Positions 40,150 to 49,964 of a DNA stretch of 64,000 nucleotides are shown here, piece by piece. Positions within the stretch are counted from its first letter, which is position 1; every line of letters starts with the position of its first letter. The stretch is taken from assembly GCA_051745305.1 (NCBI GenBank), contig JBNJDY010000001.1, positions 2,065 to 66,064 of the forward strand. The letters run 5' to 3'. The translations under genes and the position numbers were made by a program. The notes beneath the pieces were generated by a model that worked only from the letters and a program-made list of their open reading frames with translations, was not told the origin of the DNA and made no database searches. The stretch is from Thermoplasmatota archaeon. Lineage in GTDB: Archaea > Thermoplasmatota > Thermoplasmata > Halarchaeoplasmatales > Halarchaeoplasmataceae.

Positions 40150-41069
40150 TAAAAATGGCAAAGAAAGTTTTAGTATGTAATCCAGTTGCGGAAGAAGCTA
40201 TCAAAATGCTTGAAGAGGCTGGTTTGGAAGTTGATCAGGAATTCGGGATGTCAAAGGAAGAATTGACTGAGAAAGTTCCACCTTACCATGCTTTGATCGT
40301 CAGAAGTTCGACAAAAGTTCGAGAACCTACGCTTGATGCCGCTGAAAACCTCGAGGCTATCGGACGTCCAGGAATCGGACTGGATAACATAGACGTCGAT
40401 TTTGCTGAAGAAAAAGGTGTTGCAGTTTTCAACACACCTACAGCCACTACTGTTTCAGTTGCTGAATTAGCTATGACCCACATACTTGCAGCCTATAGAG
40501 ATATTGTGGCTGGTACTACCAGTCTAAGAGACGGTAAATGGATCAAAAAAGATCTGAAGAGTAATGAACTGTACGAAAAGACTCTAGGTATAATCGGATA
40601 CGGGAATATCGGTCAAGCAGTTGCTGAAAGGGGCAAAGCTTTCGGTATGGATGTTATCGCCTTCGACGTAAGAGATATTGAAAATCCAGAACCTGCTGAG
40701 ATGGTGGATATGGATACATTACTTGAGAAAAGTGATGTGATCACGATCCACGTTCCTCACATAGAAGCTACACATCACATGTTGGGTAATGAAGAATTTA
40801 AAAAGATGAAGGATAGTGCGGTACTCGTTGATCCATCGAGAGGTGGAGTAGTCGATGAAGATGCACTATATGAGGCCTTAAAGAATGACGTTATCCGTTT
40901 CGCCAGTAAAGATGTGTTCGAAGAGGAACCACCAGGAGATAATCCACTTTTCGAATTGGATAACTTCCATGCGACCCCTCATATCGGTGCCCAAACACAT
41001 GAAGGGCAAATAAGAGCGGGAACATTAGCAGCGGAACAAGTGATCGAAGAACTAGAGAAAAGAGGCTAA
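40146..41069 (+). CDS. serA: D-3-phosphoglycerate dehydrogenase / 2-hydroxyacid dehydrogenase
   Basis: It has the NAD-binding motif GIIGYGNIGQAV and the catalytic H in the PHIGAQT region. Confidence 0.75.
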   Translation: MIKMAKKVLVCNPVAEEAIKMLEEAGLEVDQEFGMSKEELTEKVPPYHALIVRSSTKVREPTLDAAENLEAIGRPGIGLDNIDVDFAEEKGVAVFNTPTATTVSVAELAMTHILAAYRDIVAGTTSLRDGKWIKKDLKSNELYEKTLGIIGYGNIGQAVAERGKAFGMDVIAFDVRDIENPEPAEMVDMDTLLEKSDVITIHVPHIEATHHMLGNEEFKKMKDSAVLVDPSRGGVVDEDALYEALKNDVIRFASKDVFEEEPPGDNPLFELDNFHATPHIGAQTHEGQIRAGTLAAEQVIEELEKRG

Positions 41070-41071
41070 AA

Positions 41072-42349
41072 ATGGTAGAAATAAAACCGTTCAAGGGGAT
41101 AGAATACAATAAAGATAAAGTCGAAGATATGGAAGAAATCATAACTCAGCCATACGATAAGATCAACGATGAATTACGAGATAAGTACTATGAGAATAGT
41201 GAATACAATTACTGCCGATTGATATTACCAAAAGAAGAAAATAGATACGAAAAAGCCAAAGAAAGATTGAACAACTGGTTTAGAGAAGGTATCCTTAGAA
41301 AAAGAGCTAAACCGGGAATATACGTTTACATGCAGGATTTCAAGGTGCTTGGTAAGAAACATACTCGTAAGGGATTCGTCTCTGCAGTAAAACTTCATCC
41401 GTTTGAAGAAGAAATAGTTCTTCCGCACGAAGAAACACACGAGGGGCCGAAGATAGACAGATTGAACATGCTTAGAGCAACTGAAAAAAACCTAGAAGCC
41501 GGTTTCATGCTTTACAGCGATGCAAAAAAAACAACTATCGACATATTCGAAGATATAGCTGATAAAGAACCTTTATTCGAAGCTACCGACGAGTACGGGG
41601 TACACAGCAGAGTATGGAGAGTCGGAGATGAGGAACATATCAAGATTATTAAGAAGGTTCTTGAAGGTGAACAAATAGTAATCGCAGACGGCCATCATAG
41701 ATACGAAACTGCCGTTAATTTCAGAGATGAATTAAGAGCGAAGAACCCAGAATGGCAAGAAAGTGATGCATTTAACTGGAGGATGACGTATATGGTTCCT
41801 GTCGAGGACCCTGGATTAGTGGTTTTACCTGGACATAGATTGCTTTTAAAACACGAACTTAAAAATGAACATATTGAAAAATTCAAGGAATATTTTGAAA
41901 CCTACCAAGTGGATATCAGTGAGGCTGAAGGATTCCTTGAAGAGAACAAAGACACTATCTCATTCGTTGTTTACGATGGTGAACGTACACTGGGACTGAA
42001 ACTAAGAGATAAATCTGACATCGAGAAGTTCCTTTCCGAAGATTACTCAGAGGACTACAAAAATCTAGATGTTGTCGTTTTAAGAGATGTAATATTTGAA
42101 GGTATAATGGAAGCTTCTGATCTTGACATCGACGTCACTATAGCTTATGAGAGATGGTCTGATGATGCAGTAAAACGAGTGGAGAAAGGGGATGCTACTG
42201 TTGCATTCCTTGTCAACGCTACTAAACCAGAACAAGTTTTAAAAGTTGCTAAAAACGGGGAACGTATGCCCGAGAAATCCACAGATTTCTATCCAAAAGT
42301 GAACTCTGGATTTATGATGATGGACATAGAACCCGGTGAAACATTATAG
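41072..42349 (+). CDS. DUF1015-family protein
   Basis: It has the characteristic N-terminus (xIKPFKGIEYN), is 425 aa, and starts 3 bp after serA. Confidence 0.55.
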   Translation: MVEIKPFKGIEYNKDKVEDMEEIITQPYDKINDELRDKYYENSEYNYCRLILPKEENRYEKAKERLNNWFREGILRKRAKPGIYVYMQDFKVLGKKHTRKGFVSAVKLHPFEEEIVLPHEETHEGPKIDRLNMLRATEKNLEAGFMLYSDAKKTTIDIFEDIADKEPLFEATDEYGVHSRVWRVGDEEHIKIIKKVLEGEQIVIADGHHRYETAVNFRDELRAKNPEWQESDAFNWRMTYMVPVEDPGLVVLPGHRLLLKHELKNEHIEKFKEYFETYQVDISEAEGFLEENKDTISFVVYDGERTLGLKLRDKSDIEKFLSEDYSEDYKNLDVVVLRDVIFEGIMEASDLDIDVTIAYERWSDDAVKRVEKGDATVAFLVNATKPEQVLKVAKNGERMPEKSTDFYPKVNSGFMMMDIEPGETL

Positions 42350-42386
42350 TTTTGAAAACCATTTCCCTAAAATCTTTTTTATATTT

Positions 42387-43376
42387 TTATTTGTTAAAAT
42401 CGAATTCTTTTGCTAGTTCTTCCATCCTTTCAACACTTTTGTGATAACCTGCTTGTTCAATTCTATCTATCAAATCATAAAACCTTTCCTTACCACCTGC
42501 GGTATTATCTGCATGACAAACGATCTTCTCCTCTAGTGTCTCAGGTAATAAATTTCTAGCTGGTAAACCATGTTCCTCCGCCTCTTCTCTTGTTATTCCT
42601 CCGCCTATATGCCGTTCAACAATCCTTGCTAGTTCTTCATCCCATCCTTGCTCCCTGATGATTTTACCGCCTTCTACGCCGTGTTCGACCCCATGTGTGA
42701 CAGTTCTCCCGATATCGTGTAACAATGCACCAGCCATCAATAGTTTAAGATTTCCATCGAACTTTTCATGTATCTCAAGCGTTCTTTCAAGTACTTCCAT
42801 AGTATGTTTCATCAGACCTACATCCATACCTCGGTCATTCATCAATTCAAAACATTGGGAAGCGGATGGTATCTTTGAATAATCAACTATTTTTTTCCCT
42901 TTTTTACGTGGGATAACACCTATTTGACCATTATATATCTTATCTAACTTTCGAGCTTTTAATCTGTCCATAAACACAGCCAAAGCCGCGACTTCAGAAT
43001 GAGGCTGACTCCCGATAGAAACGTTGTAATCCGCTTTATCGTACACTTCCGCTGGAACTTTTTCAGCACCTACGATAATTAATGGGTTATTGATTTCATT
43101 ATTATCAAAAAAAGTGTCAACATCTTCCCCATACATTGTAAGATGGATTACATCTCCTTTCCATTCTTCTATCAAGTACCGCCAATCTTTGGATTCTTCA
43201 ACTGAGAAATCTCCTCCAAACCGTTCGGTAACATCCTCTAACGTCTTTTTAATCCTCTCGTCCATCTTTGGAAGGTATATACTACTAGCTCCAAAAGCTC
43301 TAGCTGTCAAACCTACATGAGTGGTCATCCGCTTATCCCTTTCAGGACGATGACCTAAGCGAAGGATGCTTATCAA
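42387..43376 (-). CDS. tRNA (cytidine56-2'-O)-methyltransferase Trm56 fused to a C-terminal HD-domain phosphohydrolase
   Basis: The N-terminal 150 aa (ILRLGHRPERDKRMTTHVGLTARAFGA...IIVGAEKVP) match Trm56. The C-terminal half has a HD motif (LLHDIGR...H...H...HADNT). Confidence 0.65.
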   Translation of the reverse strand: MISILRLGHRPERDKRMTTHVGLTARAFGASSIYLPKMDERIKKTLEDVTERFGGDFSVEESKDWRYLIEEWKGDVIHLTMYGEDVDTFFDNNEINNPLIIVGAEKVPAEVYDKADYNVSIGSQPHSEVAALAVFMDRLKARKLDKIYNGQIGVIPRKKGKKIVDYSKIPSASQCFELMNDRGMDVGLMKHTMEVLERTLEIHEKFDGNLKLLMAGALLHDIGRTVTHGVEHGVEGGKIIREQGWDEELARIVERHIGGGITREEAEEHGLPARNLLPETLEEKIVCHADNTAGGKERFYDLIDRIEQAGYHKSVERMEELAKEFDFNK

Positions 43377-43381
43377 TTATC

Positions 43382-43906
43382 TCACCAGGGTTCGTCCTCT
43401 TCTTCTAGGAATTTATCTCCCTCAGAACTCTCTTCTACTTCTTCAAATTCTTCTTCCTCGTCTTCGAATTCCTCATCTAACAATGTTTCCTCCCTCTGTT
43501 CAACGAGCTGAACTGCGACTCCCCTAATAAAAAGAAAAGAAGTGATAAACCCAAGTATACCTGTTATAAAGATACGTGGTATCGGATAAAGCCATCTTTC
43601 AATTACCATGGTTTGTGTAACATGATATATCAAAGTACCAAATATCGCTAGGGTTATCCCTGAGGAAAATTTACCTATTATGTCTGAAAAATTCATTAAT
43701 GTACCAAGGTAGAACAATGCGGGGGAAGAAGCAGTCAGGAGTAGAGCTACAAGTGCGTAGTAAAACACGGTTGAATCACCAGTTGCCCTTGGTGAGACCG
43801 CGTATATCATATATGTAGCAGTCGCGATCATAAACATGCCAGAGACTAATGCGAAAGACCCTGCGTCATATTTATGAAATATATCTATATCTTCCCAATC
43901 TACCAT
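43382..43906 (-). CDS. Membrane protein with a highly acidic C-terminal tail
   Basis: It has 4 predicted TM helices and the tail EEFEDEEEEFEEVEESSEGD. Confidence 0.4.
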   Translation of the reverse strand: MVDWEDIDIFHKYDAGSFALVSGMFMIATATYMIYAVSPRATGDSTVFYYALVALLLTASSPALFYLGTLMNFSDIIGKFSSGITLAIFGTLIYHVTQTMVIERWLYPIPRIFITGILGFITSFLFIRGVAVQLVEQREETLLDEEFEDEEEEFEEVEESSEGDKFLEEEDEPW

Positions 43907-43919
43907 ATTTATTCCTTCC

Positions 43920-44417
43920 TTATTCTTCTTTTACTTCCATAATCCTATGGCCTCTATAATCTAATTTGAGAGATCTTTTTACCAGACTTTTTAATGTTGT
44001 AGAACTACATTCCAACTTCTCAGCTATGTCCTTTGCGAAGTTATCACCCATATCAACGTATTCCAATATCTCATTTTCTATCTCTTCGAATTTTTCGTCG
44101 CTGACCATGGCTGCGTACAATACCTCGCTGATCTCCTGTACCGGTACAGATGCGTCGATATGAACCGATGAGTAATATGTATGGTAAGCTCTCTTTGTTT
44201 CCGTATCTGTGTGTTGCCATCTTGTTTCCACTAGTTTCATCTTTTCGAAATGTTTCAGAGCTTCCACACCTTCTTCACCATATTCGTCCTCGATCTCATC
44301 TTCGGTTTTCCAACCTTCTGCAAGATCTGTAAAAACATCCTTTTTTATCTGTGAACTAACAGCTCTAAGTATCGGTACAAAATCTGAAACATCCTTGATT
44401 ACTTTAATTCGGGCCAT
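43920..44417 (-). CDS. Hypothetical acidic protein with a putative C-terminal HTH
   Basis: This 165 aa protein has a C-terminal helix-turn-helix-like segment (DIAEKLECSSTTLKSLVKRS). Confidence 0.35.
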   Translation of the reverse strand: MARIKVIKDVSDFVPILRAVSSQIKKDVFTDLAEGWKTEDEIEDEYGEEGVEALKHFEKMKLVETRWQHTDTETKRAYHTYYSSVHIDASVPVQEISEVLYAAMVSDEKFEEIENEILEYVDMGDNFAKDIAEKLECSSTTLKSLVKRSLKLDYRGHRIMEVKEE

Positions 44418-44461
44418 TTTTTATCTAATGCCCTTATAGTGTTTAACGATTTAATATTTTT

Positions 44462-44893
44462 CTATGATTTGTTGACTCTTTTCCTTGCATGATATGGGTT
44501 TTTAACTATCCTTCTTAATCTATTCAAAAATACAGGTAAGCTCTCTACATCTTTAATATCCGTCTTTGTGTACTTGATCAGTTGCTCCCTGAGATCAGGA
44601 TTGAATGATAAGATGTTCGCTTTACATGCTCTTTTAATTCTGTAGTACAGTCTTGAACCAGCCCTATCCCAGTCTGTTAGTATGATAACTTCATCGTTTG
44701 TTTCTCTAAGATTTTCGATTATCCTGAAAACAGTTCTAGAAGTTTTGATCTTGATGATCCTCCCTTTGAACCCCAACCGTCTTAAAGCTTTGACGTCTTT
44801 TTTACCCTCTACGATCACAGGAACTTTACGATTTTTTTCTTTTATAATTTCTAAAACTCTTTCAGTACCTTCTAATTTCTCTTTTATTCTCAT
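44462..44893 (-). CDS. Small Toprim-domain protein (COG1658-like)
   Basis: It has the Toprim motifs VIVEGKKD and IILTDWDRAGS. Confidence 0.65.
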   Translation of the reverse strand: MRIKEKLEGTERVLEIIKEKNRKVPVIVEGKKDVKALRRLGFKGRIIKIKTSRTVFRIIENLRETNDEVIILTDWDRAGSRLYYRIKRACKANILSFNPDLREQLIKYTKTDIKDVESLPVFLNRLRRIVKNPYHARKRVNKS

Positions 44894-44895
44894 AT

Positions 44896-45216
44896 CTATT
44901 TACCCTCTAAGATATCCTTGAGAATTCTCACTAGTCCTCCTTTATCAATATCCATGTAAACTCTTTTTTTATTTGTTCTTCTGCCCTGTACAATAGCTAC
45001 TTTTGTTGGAGGTATCTGGAATTCCTTAGATATCAATTTTATAACCGAACTATTCGCTTTACCGTCCTCCGCTTTTTCTGTAACATATATTTTCAACCTA
45101 TCTCTCCATTGGTCGATACCTTTTATTTTGTTCTCTGTCGAATTGGGAGACACTATTATATCCAAATATACCCCTTCTCTACCTTCTTCCAAACAGTCTG
45201 AAACTGGTTTTCTCAT
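44896..45216 (-). CDS. DUF167/YggU-family protein
   Basis: At about 100 aa with the DGKANSSVIKLISKEF...VAIVQGRRTNKKRV pattern, it is typical of YggU. Confidence 0.6.
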   Translation of the reverse strand: MRKPVSDCLEEGREGVYLDIIVSPNSTENKIKGIDQWRDRLKIYVTEKAEDGKANSSVIKLISKEFQIPPTKVAIVQGRRTNKKRVYMDIDKGGLVRILKDILEGK

Positions 45217-45268
45217 GCATATAATAACAGTATTTTACAATAAAAATTTTTCTTAAAAGTATAACAGA

Positions 45269-46282
45269 TCAAATTATAGTTTTCATTTTCTTCTTGCTTC
45301 CCCTATTTAGCCCGGTAACGATAGACATTAATTTGATCTTGTTTTTACATTCCTCATCGATCCGAGCTCCAAATATTACCCCTGCTTTAGGGTCCAATTT
45401 AGATGTCATCATCCTGACAACGTCGTTCATTTTACTGATAGAAAGGTTTGGTCCGCCAGTAACGTGTATTAGAGCTTTTTTTGCTCCGGTATAATCCACG
45501 TTAAGGAATGGATTCTCACTAGCTTCCTGTACAGCTTTTTTAGGTTCATCATAAGTAGATTCTCCGATCATAAGTGTCGAAATCCCTCCATCACCGAGAA
45601 CCGATTTTAGATCATTATAATCGAGGTTGATCAAAGAAGGAAGCGTAATTATTTCTGTTACACTTTTTATCAACTCAGATATCAAAGAATCCATTATCCC
45701 AAAAGCTTGATCCATTGGTAAATCTGGTACTACTTCTAAGAGTTTATCGTTTTCTAAAAGGATCATAGAGTTCGAATATTCACGTAAACGTCTTACTCCT
45801 TGTTTAGCAGTTTCTCTTCTATTACCTTCAACTGAGAACGGCATAGTCGCTATACTTATTACCATGGCTTTTTCCCTTCTTGCGATCTCTGCGATAACCG
45901 GTGCTGCACCGGTACCTGTACCTCCGCCCATTCCTGCTGTGATAAAAACTAAATCACTACCTCCAATGATTTTTTTGAAGCCTCCGTAGGCAGCCTCTGC
46001 ACATCTCATTCCTACATTTGGGTCCCCACCTGTCCCAAGACCCCGATTATATTCTTTTCCAATGAGCATCTTTGTATCTGATTGTATATTGTTTAGGTGC
46101 TCTTTATCTGTGTTGACTGCTATAGTTCTAGCCCCATATACACCGATTCTACTTAGGCGGTTTATACTATTGTTTCCTCCTCCACCCACTCCTATAACTG
46201 ATACATTTAAACCTGAAGAATCTTCATTGTTTTCATAATTGCTATATTGATTCATGGCAATACCTTCTCTTTGATCACTCAA
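45269..46282 (-). CDS. ftsZ: Cell-division GTPase FtsZ
   Basis: It has the motifs GVGGGGNN, GMGGGTGTGAAPVIAEIA and NTD, and a canonical T7 region. Confidence 0.85.
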   Translation of the reverse strand: MSDQREGIAMNQYSNYENNEDSSGLNVSVIGVGGGGNNSINRLSRIGVYGARTIAVNTDKEHLNNIQSDTKMLIGKEYNRGLGTGGDPNVGMRCAEAAYGGFKKIIGGSDLVFITAGMGGGTGTGAAPVIAEIARREKAMVISIATMPFSVEGNRRETAKQGVRRLREYSNSMILLENDKLLEVVPDLPMDQAFGIMDSLISELIKSVTEIITLPSLINLDYNDLKSVLGDGGISTLMIGESTYDEPKKAVQEASENPFLNVDYTGAKKALIHVTGGPNLSISKMNDVVRMMTSKLDPKAGVIFGARIDEECKNKIKLMSIVTGLNRGSKKKMKTII

Positions 46283-46319
46283 TAATGGATATTTTTGTAA
46301 TCATCAGGTGGATCTTTAC

Positions 46320-46637
46320 TTAGTCTTCCAATCTCTTTTTGTATTGATCTATCTTTTCTTTTACATAATCTCGAACAGCGTTCCTGATAGCATCGTCTAC
46401 AGATATAGAATCTCCTTCTTGAACTAGATTCTTTATCTCATTAACCTTCTTTTTTGGAAGATCGACCGTCACTTTAGATATGTGATCGGGTGCATTTTTA
46501 TTTTCGATAAAGTCAGCGATAGCGGTTCTAATAGCTGCTGACATGGTTGAATATTCTCCTTTTTCAACTAGGGTCTGTAGATCATCAGCCATTTCGTTTG
46601 GAATTCTGACAGTTATTCTTTGTGTGTCCGACGCCAT
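46320..46637 (-). CDS. Tandem ribbon-helix-helix (CopG-like) DNA-binding protein
   Basis: It has two RHH units (ITVRIPNEMADDL... and VTVDLPKKKVNEI...). It lies immediately upstream of ftsZ on the same strand. Confidence 0.5.
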   Translation of the reverse strand: MASDTQRITVRIPNEMADDLQTLVEKGEYSTMSAAIRTAIADFIENKNAPDHISKVTVDLPKKKVNEIKNLVQEGDSISVDDAIRNAVRDYVKEKIDQYKKRLED

Positions 46638-46818
46638 AGAGGCACCACATTGTTTTTAGTCCGACGATTTTTATAAATACGTCAGACATAAGGGTAATGG
46701 TTTTTAATATTTATAAAATTTTCGGTAAATGTCTGATAAGTCGATACATAATTAAGGATTGATAAATTTTAGAAAATCATCGAAAGTTTTTAATAATAAT
46801 ACATAATAATGTATCCTC

Positions 46819-49257
46819 ATGGGTGTATCAGATTCACTGATGGGTACCAACACTAATTGTAAATTTGTCAATAGATGGGGAGAGATGGACGAACTAAAAG
46901 AACATATGAAGCAAGTATTGAATGAAAATGGTAAATTTGTTATTTTAAAGGGAGAAGCTGGAATAGGTAAAACAAGGATGGCTGAGAGATTCAGTCAGGA
47001 ATGTATAAAAAACGATTTTGAATTTTTATGGGGAAGATGTCTTTACCATGAAAGTACTGATCCTTATATCCCTTTTATAGAAGCTTTAGATGAATACCTA
47101 GAAGGAGAATCTGAAAGCTCTGAATCCAATGATAGTGGATATCTAGGACTCGGGGCCAAATTTACCAATCAATCATCTTCTCCAAAATCTATTTCGCTTG
47201 TTGGATTAGGTTCATCAAAGCCCGAATCGATCGATATATCGATCTCTGATGAAAGAGAGGTCATGTTCACAAAGATATTGAATTTGATCAAAAAATTATC
47301 CAAAGAGCATCCTTTACTGTTGTTTTTAGACGACCTTCAGTGGATCGATGAATCATCTTCACAACTTCTTCACCTTTTGGTGAGGAATTTGACGGATTAC
47401 AGAGTCTTTATATTAGGGGCATATCGACCCGAAGAACTAAAAACACATGGAGAGAAAAGGCCTTTAGAGATCCTGTTGGATAGAACAAAACAGGAGGGTA
47501 TAGTGGATATAATCGAAGTCGATAGATTGGGATTTCAACCAGTTTCTGAGATGGTAAGAAATCAACTTAACTCCTCAGGTCTGCCGGAGTCGTTTTTACT
47601 TACTATATATAAGGAAACTGAAGGAAACCCGTATTACGTCATAGAAATTTTAAATTCCATGGTCGACGAAGGCATAATTAATCCGTATTCCTATAAATGG
47701 AATCCAGAAGAGGAATTAACAAATATCACTATACCAACTTCTATCAAAGACATTACCAATCGGAGAATAGAAAGATTGGATGATCTCGAAAAAAAGGTCC
47801 TCATGTACGCTTCCGTTATAGGGAAAGAATTCAATTTTGAAATACTAGAAAAGGCGATTGATTTGGATGTCCTTAAATTATTGGACGTCTGTGATGAGTT
47901 AGAGGACCACGGGATAATCAGTGAGAAACAAAACACCGATGAAGAGGTATACCGTTTCAATCACCTTCAACTAAGGCTTACTATGTATGACAACATGGGT
48001 AAAACCAGAAAACGCATTTTAAATAAAAAAATTGGAGAGGCAATAGAAGAATTTTATGATGACATGGAAGGACATTATTCTTCATTGAGTAGACATTTCT
48101 TCGAGGGTAAAGTATACGATAAGGCGTATGAGTACTCATTAAAATCTGCAGAAAAGGCTGTTAATACATTCGCGATCGAGACCGCTATAAAACGTTACAA
48201 AAATGCTTTGCAATCACTAAGAAAATCAAAAGATTTGGAGAACAAGGAAAAAAAAGAGATCTCGATCCTCAAACACATCGGAAATTTATCCTATGAAATA
48301 AGTGAACTTGATGGAGCTGAAAAATCTTTCCGATCTTTGCTTAATTTGGCTGAAAAATTAGGAGATAAAAAAACAACTGCTTATGCAATGAGATGGTTAG
48401 GACATACATATAGAGAACTTCAAGATTTTCAAGAATCTTATGATTGCTATGAAAAAGCTCTTGAATTGTATACAGAATTAAACGATAATGAGGGATGTGC
48501 TGATTGTAAGAGAGGTATCGGTTACTTGATGTGGCGAGAGGGGAAATTTGAACAATCTATTAAATTGTATAATGAAGTTATAGAGGAAGCTCAGGATTTA
48601 GATGACGAAAATATTTTGTCCCAAACATACATAGAGATGGGGAACACCTACGCACAAAAAGGTGAAAACGAAAAAGCTATTGAGTATTATAAAAAGAGCG
48701 TCTCATATTTTGAAAAACAAAATGCATACAAAAATCTAGCAAGGGCTTTCAACAACATGGGTGACCAGTTCATGAAGATGGGGGAGTGGGATAAAGCCAT
48801 AGGACACTTCAAAAAGACCGTTGAAATTTCTAAAAAATTAGGGGATAATCGAGTTGTGGGATGGGGATATTTCAATATGGCTGAGGCACTAGCAAGGAAA
48901 GGGGATTTAGAAAAGGCCAATAATTATACCTCTATTAGTGAAAAGATAATGAGAAGCTTAGATGATAAAGTTGGATTATCATCTGTATATAGGGTCAATG
49001 CCATAATCAAAAGGATGAAAAATGACTGGAATGGTGCATTAGATTCACTTGAAAAATCTTGGGAGTTTCTTGGAAACATGGATATACCCTTTGCTAGAGC
49101 GGAAAATAAATACGAACTTGGTAGACTTTATATGGATAAAAACGAACCGGAGAAATCAATTAACCAATTTGGAGAGGCGAGAAAAATATTTGAAGACCTA
49201 GGTGCGACTCAGTATCTTGAAAAAATAAAAAAACACATAGAGAGTTTAGAAGACTAA
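46819..49257 (+). CDS. STAND-class P-loop NTPase (AAA_16-like) with C-terminal TPR repeat array and no effector domain
   Basis: The Walker A motif GEAGIGKTR lies about 45 aa from the N-terminus. It is followed by the FLDDLQWID Walker B and the C-terminal half has at least 8 TPR-like repeats (YxKA...G/A...A). Confidence 0.7.
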   Translation: MGVSDSLMGTNTNCKFVNRWGEMDELKEHMKQVLNENGKFVILKGEAGIGKTRMAERFSQECIKNDFEFLWGRCLYHESTDPYIPFIEALDEYLEGESESSESNDSGYLGLGAKFTNQSSSPKSISLVGLGSSKPESIDISISDEREVMFTKILNLIKKLSKEHPLLLFLDDLQWIDESSSQLLHLLVRNLTDYRVFILGAYRPEELKTHGEKRPLEILLDRTKQEGIVDIIEVDRLGFQPVSEMVRNQLNSSGLPESFLLTIYKETEGNPYYVIEILNSMVDEGIINPYSYKWNPEEELTNITIPTSIKDITNRRIERLDDLEKKVLMYASVIGKEFNFEILEKAIDLDVLKLLDVCDELEDHGIISEKQNTDEEVYRFNHLQLRLTMYDNMGKTRKRILNKKIGEAIEEFYDDMEGHYSSLSRHFFEGKVYDKAYEYSLKSAEKAVNTFAIETAIKRYKNALQSLRKSKDLENKEKKEISILKHIGNLSYEISELDGAEKSFRSLLNLAEKLGDKKTTAYAMRWLGHTYRELQDFQESYDCYEKALELYTELNDNEGCADCKRGIGYLMWREGKFEQSIKLYNEVIEEAQDLDDENILSQTYIEMGNTYAQKGENEKAIEYYKKSVSYFEKQNAYKNLARAFNNMGDQFMKMGEWDKAIGHFKKTVEISKKLGDNRVVGWGYFNMAEALARKGDLEKANNYTSISEKIMRSLDDKVGLSSVYRVNAIIKRMKNDWNGALDSLEKSWEFLGNMDIPFARAENKYELGRLYMDKNEPEKSINQFGEARKIFEDLGATQYLEKIKKHIESLED

Positions 49258-49258
49258 A

Positions 49259-49717
49259 CTACTGGTATATCCATTCTTCTTCGACTCGAGAATAATCCTG
49301 ATAATCCTTTTCATCGAAAAATATGTCTAATTCTCTTTTTGCACTTTTTTCGGAATCCGCAGCATGGACTATATTTCTACCTATCTCTATACCAAAATCT
49401 CCTCGTATCGTACCCGGTAGAGCTTCTTTTGGATCAGTTTCTCCAACTATTTTTCTAACTATGGATATAGCGGAGTCGCCTTTAAGTGCCATAGTGACTA
49501 CAGGACCAGATGTTATGTATTCAATCAAAGGTTCATAAAAATCCTTACCCTCATGCTCTGCGTAGTGCTCTGAAGCTGTTTCTTTATCGATCCACAGCAT
49601 TTTCATGGCCATGATTCTAAGACCTTTTTCCTCTAACCGAGATATGATCTTTCCGGTTAACCCTCTTTGAACACCATCGGGTTTTATCATCAAAAAAGTA
49701 GTTTCCACTGGGATCAC
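49259..49717 (-). CDS. ndk: Nucleoside diphosphate kinase
   Basis: It has the ETTFLMIKPDGVQRGL motif and the NIVHAADS active-site His region. Confidence 0.9.
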   Translation of the reverse strand: MIPVETTFLMIKPDGVQRGLTGKIISRLEEKGLRIMAMKMLWIDKETASEHYAEHEGKDFYEPLIEYITSGPVVTMALKGDSAISIVRKIVGETDPKEALPGTIRGDFGIEIGRNIVHAADSEKSAKRELDIFFDEKDYQDYSRVEEEWIYQ

Positions 49718-49720
49718 ATC

Positions 49721-49963
49721 CTACTTCCTTTTGATCTTCTTCTTTTTGGATTTTTCTTTCTTGCGGTACGTTTTTACAACTTTTTCTTGGGCGTGTTTCT
49801 TAGTCCATTTCGTTTCTCTTTCCTTTCTCCCAAGTTTCAGCATATTCTGTTCACATTTGTGATTACAAAAATTGTAGGTTTGTCCATCTGTTTTGATATA
49901 CAATTTTCCTGTTCCGGGTTCTATTTTATTCCCACAGAAAGTACATTCCTTAGCTTCAACCAT
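49721..49963 (-). CDS. rpl24e: Ribosomal protein L24e
   Basis: It has the CTFCGNKIEPGTGKLYIKTDGQTYNFCNHKC zinc motif. Confidence 0.85.
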   Translation of the reverse strand: MVEAKECTFCGNKIEPGTGKLYIKTDGQTYNFCNHKCEQNMLKLGRKERETKWTKKHAQEKVVKTYRKKEKSKKKKIKRK

Positions 49964-49964
49964 G

